48,163 nucleotides of DNA from Desulfobacteraceae bacterium (GCA_030604635.1 JAUVVL010000002.1:1-48163); one strand, 5' to 3'. Counted from the stretch's first letter, positions 26,119 to 34,579 are shown. Numbers and translations are program-made. Notes: generated by a model from the sequence alone, not told the origin.

Positions 26119-27045
26119 TTAGTTACAATAGGTGCTAATCAGGCCCATCACGCTATCTTGGATCTCCTTGGGCTCAAGGCCTTCACTACCGTTCTGTGAC
26201 TCTGCACCGAGAATATCCAGACATGTTTCTACAAAGGCCTGATCATCGGCCATGGGTCTTGCACCACAAAGTTTGATTACCTTTGCTATGATTATGCTGG
26301 CACGGATCGTTGGGCTCATCCCATTTTGACAGATCTCTCTGAAGCCCCGAACGACATCTACAATTCGCTGAGCATCCTGTTCTGAGACAGCCGCCTTGGC
26401 CTGCGCAATGGCAATCTCTGTTTCCCGGTCGTAATGGTCCAATTTTACGGTAATCATCCTGTCTTTCAGGGCATCCTGGGCTTTGTAAACCCCGGCATAT
26501 TCCTCAGGGTTGCTGGTAAATATAGCTCTAAAGTTCGGGTCCACCCTGAGATGACCTTCTTCCCCTCTGGCGGCCGGCAGGTCCAGCATCTTTTCTTCTA
26601 AGACCGAGAGTAATACATTGTTTGCTTCCGGCCGGGAACGGGTAAATTCGTCATAAATCAGGGTAAATCCATATTTGCAGGCCACGGTCAGGCGATCGTC
26701 CACCCATCTGGAGGATACATCCTCCTCTGTCTTGAGTACCGACTGGATATAATTGTCGACAACCTTCTTTCTCCTGAACCCGTACTGTCCCCCAACCAGA
26801 TCCGAAGAGCCGATTTCTTCATCCCCGTGGATCAATATTACCGGCTGTCCTAGCTGGGCCGCCATGTACAAGGCCAGCGTTGTCTTTCCTGTACCTGCCG
26901 GCCCGCTGAAGTGAACCGGATAACCTATCTGAACGTATCTCGTGGCCTTTCTGATTACCCCCTCCACATAGGGTGTTTCTACAAAGCCAGGCTGGCCCTT
27001 GGGAATCATTATCGGTTTTACCTCTGACATTGCGTGAATTGGCAT
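26119..27045 (-). CDS. gvpN: Gas vesicle AAA+ ATPase GvpN, copy 1
   Basis: FVETPYVEGVIRKATRYVQIGYPVHFSGPAGTGKTTLA, Walker B TLIYDEFTRSRPEANNVLLSVLEE. Strongly similar to 40509..41426. Confidence 0.92.
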   Translation of the reverse strand: MPIHAMSEVKPIMIPKGQPGFVETPYVEGVIRKATRYVQIGYPVHFSGPAGTGKTTLALYMAAQLGQPVILIHGDEEIGSSDLVGGQYGFRRKKVVDNYIQSVLKTEEDVSSRWVDDRLTVACKYGFTLIYDEFTRSRPEANNVLLSVLEEKMLDLPAARGEEGHLRVDPNFRAIFTSNPEEYAGVYKAQDALKDRMITVKLDHYDRETEIAIAQAKAAVSEQDAQRIVDVVRGFREICQNGMSPTIRASIIIAKVIKLCGARPMADDQAFVETCLDILGAESQNGSEGLEPKEIQDSVMGLISTYCN

Positions 27046-27137
27046 GACTTGTTCCCTCCTTTTTTATAATATCTTTAACTCTTTCTTATGAAGCTAAACT
27101 ATCTCCCTATAAATATTCAGCGTTCAATCTTCAATCT

Positions 27138-27476
27138 TCAATAATCAATGACCACCGTTTTCATGGGTTTTACCGGTTTTCTTTTCTTATGTTTTGGGCT
27201 GTCAGTCCCTGTAGCTTTGATGTCAGAGTGACTATCGGGTTCGGCTATACCCACCTTCCTTCGCAATTTTCCAAACTCTTTATCGAGGTCTTTGATATCT
27301 TCCTCGGTATTTTCTATAGTCTCACTTATCACCTCATGATAACGTAGCATCCGCTCCTTTTCTTTAGTCATCAAGTAAAGCTCCAGATATTCCTGACCTT
27401 CAACCCTTGGTTTTGAACGAAGTTTGGATTTCTGGGCCGTCTTTATCTTTTTGATACCACCTATCTTCTGGCTCAT
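27138..27476 (-). CDS. Small basic/coiled-coil protein (possibly GvpV-like; unverified)
   Basis: KSKLRSKPRVEGQEYLELYLMTKEKERMLRY.. then a coiled coil. Position just downstream of gvpN. The family assignment is from memory only. Confidence 0.4.
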   Translation of the reverse strand: MSQKIGGIKKIKTAQKSKLRSKPRVEGQEYLELYLMTKEKERMLRYHEVISETIENTEEDIKDLDKEFGKLRRKVGIAEPDSHSDIKATGTDSPKHKKRKPVKPMKTVVIDY

Positions 27477-27487
27477 GTTATCCCACC

Positions 27488-27967
27488 TTAGTATTCAATT
27501 TCCATAACCTGCCATTTTTTCTTATTCCATTTGCCCTTTCCACTTATGCTCTTGCCGCTTTTAGGCTGCACGCCCATTCTCTCCTGCAAAGAAGTCAACC
27601 TCCTTTGGCCCCGGCTTTTAATAACCAACCATGGGGCATTGGTTGGCCCGACCATCTTGAACTCCAACCAATTCGTCACGCCGGGTTCAAATTCGCTTTC
27701 TTCGATAACCCGATCATCCAGGGTCATCCGTCTCTCGGCATCGATGCGGCATAGACACTGGTAGAAGATTGCCTCGTAAGGGCTAAGCTGGGGCTCTATC
27801 TCCGGCCTGTGTATGATTAAATATGGTTTTCGGCTGCTCTCCTTTATCCGCATCACATTCAATATGACTAATGAATCCAGCTCCAAACCAAGGTGAATCA
27901 AGAAATTCCGTCCCAGGGCAACCATTCCATTCTCATCCACTCCTCCAAAACCTCGCAGTAAAGTCAT
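27488..27967 (-). CDS. Hypothetical protein
   Basis: 159-aa ORF from ATG 27967 (GGAG RBS); the longer track ORF begins inside a heptamer array. No recognisable motif. Confidence 0.45.
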   Translation of the reverse strand: MTLLRGFGGVDENGMVALGRNFLIHLGLELDSLVILNVMRIKESSRKPYLIIHRPEIEPQLSPYEAIFYQCLCRIDAERRMTLDDRVIEESEFEPGVTNWLEFKMVGPTNAPWLVIKSRGQRRLTSLQERMGVQPKSGKSISGKGKWNKKKWQVMEIEY

Positions 27968-28015
27968 TTTAACTCCGTTGTAATTGGTCATTAGTCATTA
28001 GTCAGTGGTCGTTAT

Positions 28016-28288
28016 TCACCGCAAAGGCGCAGAGGACGCAGAGGTTACTTCTTTTTTTGTTTTCCCCTGAGAGGGGGGAAAACAAAAAGGAACATCTGGC
28101 TGACTACCCCTTTACGTTGTTTACAATTCGCACTATACCATCTCGCATAACAGGCGCACTAATTTGCTAATGTGCATCACGGTTCAATTGTTTCAATATC
28201 ATGAAGGGATTAGTTTTTTCCTTTCTGTCCTCTCAACAGAAAGGAAAACTTATTGTCTCTCTGCGAACTCTGCGCCTCTGCGGTGAAC
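28016..28288. mobile_element. MITE-like element with ~30-bp terminal inverted repeats and subterminal hairpins
   Basis: Left ttcaccgcaaaggcgcagaggacgcagagg versus the reverse complement of right ctctgcgaactctgcgcctctgcggtgaa. Inner hairpins gttttcccc/ggggaaaac and ttcctttctg/cagaaaggaa. Confidence 0.6.
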
Positions 28289-28314
28289 CCTGCTCTCTGT
28301 TCACTGCCCACTGA

Positions 28315-29256
28315 TCACTGGACCTTATGCTTTTCCAATGCCTTCTTTCCTTTGCCAGCCAGCAGGATCCTTCCGTTGAGCAGCATGTCTAAAAAATCCT
28401 TCTTAGCCATTGCTCCGGTAATCTTCTGTACCTGATCTACAGGAATACGAGACCTGGCACTAAGATCGGCGATGGTCGATTCTCCTTCTTCCACAAGGCC
28501 CAGCAAAAGCACCTGTTGGGAGGTCACTTTTTCAAGCTCAACCGCTTCGTCTTTGGCGAAAAGCGTCTCACATTCCGGCGTAAGCACATAAATACCCCGT
28601 GCCACCTTTTCGAGATAGCCTTTTTTGATCATGGATTCGCAGACAAAGGCCACATAGTCGGAAGTCAAACCCAGTCTTCTTGCAATCTGGGTCTTGCCGG
28701 CCTCTTTCATGTCGTAAACCACTCTTCCAATATCGCCGGCCGTTCCGCTGGGACGGCCAAAAAATTTTTTCGCACCATGTTTCACGTTGACCACCCCCCT
28801 GCCCTTGCACCCACTGCAGTAAAGGTTCGAGTTATCTAATTCGCGACCCCGGCCCCGGCACTGAGGACACGGTTCTATAGGCTCCTCCACCGCTATTACG
28901 CCGGCTCCCTTACAGGCCAGACAGGTCACATCGCTGCCCACCTTGTCTTCACCAGTACCCCGGCAAAAACCACAGACAATCGCTGTTCCTGTCTTGATAT
29001 GAACCTCTCCTTTGCCTTTACAAACAGGGCAGACCATCGCTCCCTTCCGGCTTCCGGTACCTGAACAAAAACCGCATTCCTGCGAGTCCCCCCTCAATAT
29101 CGTCTTTTCGGGCAGCCTTTGCCCACCTCTGGCCCTGCCTGGCCCTGCCTTTACAGGGCTCCATATGAGCCCTTCCTGCTGACCTGAACCAGCCTCCCTG
29201 TATCTCAGTCTATTTGTTGCTGTGCCCGATTTATTTGCTGTCTGCCAGTCTCCCAT
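28315..29256 (-). CDS. DnaJ-type zinc-finger (6 repeats) fused to two wHTH domains
   Basis: CGFCSGTG, CPVCKGKG, CGFCRGTG, CLACKGAG, CPQCRGRG, CSGCKGRG. These are followed by KTQIARRLGLTSDYVAFVCESMIKKGYLEK and a second wHTH, STIADLSARSRIPVDQVQKITGAMAKKDFL. ATG 29256 has a GGAGG RBS; the upstream part of the track ORF lies in a palindromic repeat. Confidence 0.8.
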   Translation of the reverse strand: MGDWQTANKSGTATNRLRYREAGSGQQEGLIWSPVKAGPGRARGGQRLPEKTILRGDSQECGFCSGTGSRKGAMVCPVCKGKGEVHIKTGTAIVCGFCRGTGEDKVGSDVTCLACKGAGVIAVEEPIEPCPQCRGRGRELDNSNLYCSGCKGRGVVNVKHGAKKFFGRPSGTAGDIGRVVYDMKEAGKTQIARRLGLTSDYVAFVCESMIKKGYLEKVARGIYVLTPECETLFAKDEAVELEKVTSQQVLLLGLVEEGESTIADLSARSRIPVDQVQKITGAMAKKDFLDMLLNGRILLAGKGKKALEKHKVQ

Positions 29257-29326
29257 TCCAGTTCCTCCCTCTAAATTAGCCAAAAGTAAAAATGGAAATT
29301 CCTGTACCAACAAGTTATTATTAATT

Positions 29327-29402
29327 CTTAGCCACAGACACACACGGACGAACAGAGACTTTCATTATCTTGTCTGTGCCTGTCTGTGTGGGTCTGTGGC
29401 TG
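29327..29402. repeat. Imperfect palindrome built of CAGACAC-type heptamers
   Basis: agccacagacacacacggacgaacagagac ..loop.. gtctgtgcctgtctgtgtgggtctgtggct. Confidence 0.6.
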
Positions 29403-29506
29403 AATCTAAAAAAATGGGAATTCCTCTACCATGAATTAGTTGTCTTTGCTCTCAATTAGCCGCACGGTTGAGCTGTTAGGTCGAGTCTTGAAACTCGGTT
29501 TTCTTC

Positions 29507-30895
29507 TTAATAATTAGCCATTTCCTGCTCGAATTCGTCTTTAATGTGTTTAAAATGAAAAGTATAGCGAGCCTCTCTGTATAAATTCATCAGCTCTTCG
29601 TCCGGCAGATGATTTAATTTTATAATCCCTCCCCGTGGATTGAACATATTGAACTCCTCCCAGTTATCGGTTTTGAGCATTCCATGCTTCCGGCAATAAT
29701 GAAACAGGTCCGTGCCGGGAAAAGGGGTGACGACTGAAAAACTGGCCTGGTCCAGATCTAGAGTCCTGGCCAGTTCGATAGTTCGACCAATGGTTTTATG
29801 GTCTTCCGCAGGGTATCCGATCATAAAATTGCCGTGTGGGAAGATGCCGGCCTTCCTGGTCATTTCGACGGCCCGGTGAATTTGACGCAAAGTGGTCCCC
29901 TTGCCTGAGAAATCAAGGATCGACTGGTCTCCGAATTCTATGCCGTAAAAAATCACCCTGCAATTTGCTTTTTTCATCTCTATGAGAATATCTTCGCTAA
30001 TGGTATCCACCCTGCTGTCGCAAGACCATGCCACTTTATCGGACAGCCCCCTGTTAATCATTCCCCGGCAGAACCCTGTAAGCCATCTTTTGTTTAGTGA
30101 AAGATTTTCGTCAGTAAAACGAATATTGCTGATTTTGTGGACACTGTAAATTTGTTCCAATTCGTCCAACACGTTCTCCACAGACCTTCTTCTTTGCGTG
30201 GGCCAAAGATGGGGTACGGAACAAAACCTGCACCGAAATGCGCAACCCCTGGTGGCGGTCACTGCTGCAAACCTCTTTTTCTCGCCGTCACCTATAATGG
30301 CTTTATAGATATTTACCGGCAGAAGTTCCCGCGCTGGAAAGGGCAGGCTGTCCAGGTCTGAAATGGGTGGCCTGTCGGAATTAACCACAACGCTGCCGTC
30401 TGCCTTGAAGCTCAGGCCTTTTATTTTCCTGAGATTAGACCCGTTGCCCAGAGCCTCTATGAGTTCTGCCAGGGCATATTCGCCCTCACCCCTGATGCAA
30501 AAATCAATAAATGGCTTCCGGATTATACTCTCGTGCTCAAAGTGGATGTGGGGACCTCCCGCCACTATCATGGTAAAGGGAAGTGATTCTTTGATTTTTT
30601 GGCATAGATTCAGGACGCTTTTTAGCTGGGTGGTAAAAACCGTAACACCAACCACCTCCGCCAGTTTTTCTGCGCTGACCATCTTAATCACTTCATCGTG
30701 CGACAACATCAGCGACTTGGCGTCTATGATGTTGACTGCCACACCCCTTTGTTTGAGGACGGCCGCCAGATAGGCCAACCCCACCGGCGGATAAGCCGAG
30801 TCCTGCCGGTAGGCATCCGCGATGCCTTCCTCGCCTGAAAGATTAACCGGTAATACAGGCGGATCAATCAATATGCATTTAATCTGTTTAGCCAT
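29507..30895 (-). CDS. B12-binding-domain radical SAM enzyme, paralog 2
   Basis: PPVGLAYLAAVL..GGPHIHFEH and cluster motif ATRGCAFRCRFCSVP. Collinear similarity to 14334..15713. Confidence 0.85.
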   Translation of the reverse strand: MAKQIKCILIDPPVLPVNLSGEEGIADAYRQDSAYPPVGLAYLAAVLKQRGVAVNIIDAKSLMLSHDEVIKMVSAEKLAEVVGVTVFTTQLKSVLNLCQKIKESLPFTMIVAGGPHIHFEHESIIRKPFIDFCIRGEGEYALAELIEALGNGSNLRKIKGLSFKADGSVVVNSDRPPISDLDSLPFPARELLPVNIYKAIIGDGEKKRFAAVTATRGCAFRCRFCSVPHLWPTQRRRSVENVLDELEQIYSVHKISNIRFTDENLSLNKRWLTGFCRGMINRGLSDKVAWSCDSRVDTISEDILIEMKKANCRVIFYGIEFGDQSILDFSGKGTTLRQIHRAVEMTRKAGIFPHGNFMIGYPAEDHKTIGRTIELARTLDLDQASFSVVTPFPGTDLFHYCRKHGMLKTDNWEEFNMFNPRGGIIKLNHLPDEELMNLYREARYTFHFKHIKDEFEQEMANY

Positions 30896-30927
30896 AACTT
30901 GAATCTATCCCTGGGCAGTCCCTTTGG

Positions 30928-31248
30928 TCACGATATCATCCAACGTTGATACTTTTCATGCCGGGTTTCGGGCTCTTTCTTTTTGGCTTCAGCAGACCCA
31001 TCTTCTGCGGCTTCCTCCCCTTCCGGCGGTACCACGTCTTTGCCGCCCACGGCCTTCCACCCCTTGGAGGTAAGCCTTATCTTCCCCGAACGGAATATGT
31101 CCAGATAATCGGCCATGCCCAGGGAGCGGCACACGATTCTGGCGTAATCACTGCTCAACCTTATCTCGCTGGCCACTCCGAATAAATTGGTCTCCCCTCC
31201 TCTTTTCTTAATCGCTTTTAAGGCCTCCATCTCGGTGCCGGTCGGCAT
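30928..31248 (-). CDS. wHTH protein (S-S-D-Y-A-x-x-V-C) with acidic/basic tail
   Basis: EMEALKAIKKRGGETNLFGVASEIRLSSDYARIVCRSLGMADYLDIFRSGKIRLTSKGWK. Confidence 0.55.
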   Translation of the reverse strand: MPTGTEMEALKAIKKRGGETNLFGVASEIRLSSDYARIVCRSLGMADYLDIFRSGKIRLTSKGWKAVGGKDVVPPEGEEAAEDGSAEAKKKEPETRHEKYQRWMIS

Positions 31249-31322
31249 AAATTACCTCCTCTCCGGATAGTCCAGAATTTTCCTTTTCCGCTTTGAGCTT
31301 TGATCTTTCAGCTAATTTATGT

Positions 31323-31505
31323 TTATCCTGCCTTGATCTTGAACTTTAAACCTTGCTTAACGAACTCACACTTCCAGACCATGTCTCTACAGAGCTGCTC
31401 AGCATAGTCGGCTGAAATGCCCATCTCTTTTCCAATTTTTGTGGGGTGGGCAATGCCCCCAAGCTTTTTCACAGCCTCAAAAACCTCTTTTTCTCTTGCA
31501 GTCAT
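31323..31505 (-). CDS. Small wHTH protein (close paralog of 23588..23791)
   Basis: AREKEVFEAVKKLGGIAHPTKIGKEMGISADYAEQLCRDMVWKCEFVKQGLKFKI. ATG 31505 is preceded by GGGAGGAG. Confidence 0.6.
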   Translation of the reverse strand: MTAREKEVFEAVKKLGGIAHPTKIGKEMGISADYAEQLCRDMVWKCEFVKQGLKFKIKAG

Positions 31506-31510
31506 GGCAA

Positions 31511-31966
31511 TCACTCCTCCCTTTTTTCTTCTTCTACCAGTTTGTCCAGTTCTTTTTGCAGCTCCACAGATTTTTCTTTATACTCTTCCTCTGTTATCTC
31601 CCCAATTTCCCGGCGCATTTGCAGTTCCAGAAGAGCATCCTTGAGCCTGGCTTCCTGATCCATCTCCTCATCGGCAATAGCACCCATCCTTCCGGCCAGT
31701 TTCGCTACCCCGGTCAGCGGGCTCAGAGGAACGGTGACCGGAGCTTTCAGGATCGTACCCAGCAGTCCTTTTTCCACCGGACGGAGGGTTTTCCTGCGCT
31801 TCATGCTTTTGCCCCAACCCCAGGAAGGCATCAATCCCCAGAACCGTGGCAGGGTTATCCGGGGAATTCCACTAACCAGGCCAATAACACTGCCAACCAG
31901 CGGAAATCTGCCCTTTTGAAAGTGGACCTTATCCATTTTCTTTGGTTTATTTCCCTTCTTTGCCAC
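31511..31966 (-). CDS. GvpG-like protein with ~75-aa basic/hydrophobic N-terminal extension
   Basis: C-terminal half LKAPVTVPLSPLTGVAKLAGRMGAIADEEMDQEARLKDALLELQMRREIGEITEEEYKEKSVELQKELD parallels GvpG (31969..32208). Confidence 0.6.
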   Translation of the reverse strand: MAKKGNKPKKMDKVHFQKGRFPLVGSVIGLVSGIPRITLPRFWGLMPSWGWGKSMKRRKTLRPVEKGLLGTILKAPVTVPLSPLTGVAKLAGRMGAIADEEMDQEARLKDALLELQMRREIGEITEEEYKEKSVELQKELDKLVEEEKREE

Positions 31967-31968
31967 GA

Positions 31969-32208
31969 TTAATCCTCCTCCTTATACTTCCTGATTTCCT
32001 CTAACTTTTCCATCAGCCTGGTCTCTTGTTTCTCAAACTCTTCGTCGGCAATCTCTCCCAACTCATAACGCATCTGAAGCTCTAACAAGTCTTCGTATAT
32101 CCTGGAATCATCTGTTTTCTCTTGCTCGGCGGATTCGGCCAGCTTTCTGGAAACCCATACCGGGAACTTGATGGGAGCAAGAACTATGTCGTCTACGATA
32201 AGCGCCAT
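31969..32208 (-). CDS. gvpG: Gas vesicle protein GvpG
   Basis: MALIVDDIVLAPIKFPVWVSRKLAESAEQE..LLELQMRYELGEIADEEFEKQETRLMEKLEEI is the canonical GvpG pattern. Confidence 0.85.
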   Translation of the reverse strand: MALIVDDIVLAPIKFPVWVSRKLAESAEQEKTDDSRIYEDLLELQMRYELGEIADEEFEKQETRLMEKLEEIRKYKEED

Positions 32209-32333
32209 ATGTTGATTCCCTCGACGTTGTGTATAATTATGGGTTACTCCCCACTACTCGAATGAGCAGCAGAGGACAGGTCCGGGGAAATAATGCCCCC
32301 GGACCCGGGGTTAGTGTTGCTGGAAAAGGTTAA

Positions 32334-32672
32334 CTATAGTTCATTTCCCAGCTTGTTTTCCCACTCAGCGTGGATCTTGAGATGCTTTTGACGATAGCTC
32401 TCAGTTACAGCCTGAAGATCTTTGACCTTCTTCAGATCTTCCTTTGCCCTGGCCGCGCTCTTGGCCTTGATCTCGTTCATCCCGGCCGCAAACTTCTTGG
32501 ACATCTCCGTCTGTTTGTCTGTCCGCTCCTTTTCATAGGCCTGATATTTCGTCAGTTTTTCCAGGCGGTCATTGGAATACTTCCTGCTTATATCCTGATA
32601 GTGTTTTACCTTCTTCAGATCTTCCTTTGCCCTGCGGGCAGACTCAGCCCTTTCTTTATCCATATACCTCAT
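32334..32672 (-). CDS. Small coiled-coil protein with an internal duplication
   Basis: SARRAKEDLKKVKHYQDISRKYS.. and SAARAKEDLKKVKDLQAVTESYR.. repeats. No known domain. Confidence 0.45.
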   Translation of the reverse strand: MRYMDKERAESARRAKEDLKKVKHYQDISRKYSNDRLEKLTKYQAYEKERTDKQTEMSKKFAAGMNEIKAKSAARAKEDLKKVKDLQAVTESYRQKHLKIHAEWENKLGNEL

Positions 32673-32759
32673 GCTTTTTCACCTCCTTTCCTCCAGGGGA
32701 AAAGCGTTTCTTTTCACCTGCTTATTTGAGCAGAGGACCATGCGTTGCCGGATGCTCCT

Positions 32760-33002
32760 CTACGCTCCCCTCAACACGGCAATAGGGCCGCGGCTTAAGG
32801 TACGATTGACTGCTCGTTCTCCCTTGGGGCTAAGCATATATTCCCCAGGGCCGATTTTGGAAAGGTACCCGTCCTCAAGCAGATTTCCGCAAACCTCGCC
32901 GGCATACTCTGCCGACATTGACATCTTGCGGGCAATCCTTTCGGTCCTGCATGAACCAAGTTCCCTTATGATCTTTAATACTTGTTCTTCGCTCCCTTTC
33001 AT
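32760..33002 (-). CDS. Small wHTH protein (S-A-E-Y-A-x-x-V-C)
   Basis: EEQVLKIIRELGSCRTERIARKMSMSAEYAGEVCGNLLEDGYLSKIGPGEYMLSPKGERA. Confidence 0.6.
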   Translation of the reverse strand: MKGSEEQVLKIIRELGSCRTERIARKMSMSAEYAGEVCGNLLEDGYLSKIGPGEYMLSPKGERAVNRTLSRGPIAVLRGA

Positions 33003-33017
33003 TTTTAGTCCCCTTTT

Positions 33018-34082
33018 CTAATGTATAACCTTCCTTGACCCAAGCACCTGCAGGTTGGTGTCAAACTTGAGTTCATAGATCACAATTGGGGGCCTGCCTG
33101 CCCGCTCAATATTGCGCGTGCGCATCTCTTCCCAGGGCTCCACCATTGCCCTCCACCCACCGTTCTCCTGGTTGAGGTTGACAACCCTGCCGGCCTCGCT
33201 GATGGCCTTTTCGAGCACTTTAATGCCTACCTGAGGGGCTTTTTCACGGATAACATTCATCAAAGGCTTGAGAAAGTGCCTAACCTGTTCTGCCCGCTTC
33301 TTCTTTTCATCTTTTATTTTTTCGTAAGAGCTGATCTTCAATTCCTGATCGACACGAAGCTCATAGAGACTCGGTTCTGTGCGGTGCTCCTTACGCCGCC
33401 GTTTTTTTTCCTCCCAGGGCTCGATCACGGCCATGCATCCGTCCCCCTCCCATTTCAGGTCCACCACTTCACCCAGAGCATCGAATGCCTCCTCAAAAAA
33501 CCCGGCAGCCATATCAGGGGTTACATTGTGCCTGGCCTCGTACAATTTTTTGCTGAAAATGCGCAGGCAAGCCTGCAATTGGGCCTTTTGCTCCTCCATT
33601 CTTCGCTTCTCCTCTGCCTCTTGCCTCTTTCTGGCCTCTCGCGTCTCCTTCCATGTAGCTGCTTCTTTCTCCAGAGCAACCACCCGGGGATCGGGACGAG
33701 TTATTCCCCTGGCCCTGCGCCATTCCATGGCCATCAGCTTCTTTCTGATTGCCACAACGGTGGCCGTGTTTATAGAAATTGGTTTGGCTTCTTTTTTATC
33801 CTTTTTTTTCTGAGGCATCCATGAATCCAGCATTGAATGCGATGATCTCTTCTTTGTAAATTCCTCGGAGGATACCTCGTGAAAAGCTATAGCTGAGGTG
33901 GTATCTCCTACAGGAGTTGCAGCCGCCGGTTTCGATTGAAGCCTTTGATATTCAAAATCCCTCTTTACAGCCTCGGATTCTCTTTCGATGGCAGATTTAT
34001 CCGGATACTTTTTCCCGAACATTCGTGCTTTTTCCTTAGCAATTTCGTCTATGGCTGTTTTTCTGAGACCTGCACTCTTCAT
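33018..34082 (-). CDS. Protein with two tandem GvpO-like domains
   Basis: Start at ATG 34082, overlapping the upstream TGA (ATGA). The two segments FEEAFDALGEVVDLKWEGDGCMAVIEPWEE..SLYELRVDQELKI and LEKAISEAGRVVNLNQENGGWRAMVEPWEE..VIYELKFDTNLQV mirror the GvpO core (..DSDGWLVSIEVIEK..LATYETKLDPDGNM). Confidence 0.6.
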   Translation of the reverse strand: MKSAGLRKTAIDEIAKEKARMFGKKYPDKSAIERESEAVKRDFEYQRLQSKPAAATPVGDTTSAIAFHEVSSEEFTKKRSSHSMLDSWMPQKKKDKKEAKPISINTATVVAIRKKLMAMEWRRARGITRPDPRVVALEKEAATWKETREARKRQEAEEKRRMEEQKAQLQACLRIFSKKLYEARHNVTPDMAAGFFEEAFDALGEVVDLKWEGDGCMAVIEPWEEKKRRRKEHRTEPSLYELRVDQELKISSYEKIKDEKKKRAEQVRHFLKPLMNVIREKAPQVGIKVLEKAISEAGRVVNLNQENGGWRAMVEPWEEMRTRNIERAGRPPIVIYELKFDTNLQVLGSRKVIH

Positions 34083-34579
34083 ACTCCCCCTCCTTTTACT
34101 GTCACCACTCCTTTTCCCCTGCACTCGACGCAGGGGAGCTTGCTGTGAGAATCTACCGCCCGCCCTTTGCATCTGCGGCACTGCTCCAGGGGTTCTCTGA
34201 CCGGCACCACACCCTTTCCTCGACAGACCACGCAGGTGATGTTGGTGCGGGGGCGTTCCTCGCCCCGGCCCTTGCAAAAAACGCAAATCATGGCAGGGGG
34301 GGTAACCGAAACCAGACCTTTGCCCCGGCACACAGGGCACGTACTTCCCCTGGGCTTTTCGCCGGAGCCCTGGCAGAACGCACACGGATAAGTTTCTTTA
34401 CGGAGTATCCCCCTGATCTGCTGACCCATTAGGCCCGGATCGTACTGCTCACCAATCTCTTTTACGTCAACCGGCTCCCAGAGCAAACCGCTGTCATGAA
34501 ACCGCGCTTCGCCGTCCCTCTGGTTTTCCGCCTTTTTCAGGTTATGCGAAGGTGTTACATATTCAAATTCCAAAGTCAT
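34079..34579 (-). CDS. Stand-alone DnaJ-type zinc-finger protein, 6 repeats (paralog of the N-terminal half of 28315..29256)
   Basis: CAFCQGSG, CPVCRGKG, CVFCKGRG, CVVCRGKG, CRRCKGRA (degenerate), CVECRGKG. Shared N-terminal motif GLLWEPV / GLIWSPV. ATG 34579 has a GGGAGGA RBS. Confidence 0.8.
   Translation of the reverse strand: MTLEFEYVTPSHNLKKAENQRDGEARFHDSGLLWEPVDVKEIGEQYDPGLMGQQIRGILRKETYPCAFCQGSGEKPRGSTCPVCRGKGLVSVTPPAMICVFCKGRGEERPRTNITCVVCRGKGVVPVREPLEQCRRCKGRAVDSHSKLPCVECRGKGVVTVKGGGV

Noticed and set aside
34083-34385. N-terminal ~100 aa of track ORF 33018..34385
   Set aside because: It overlaps the CxxCxGxG gene in another frame and translates to Arg/Gly/Pro-rich sequence. An ATG at 34082 forms a classic ATGA stop-start overlap and begins the recognisable protein.
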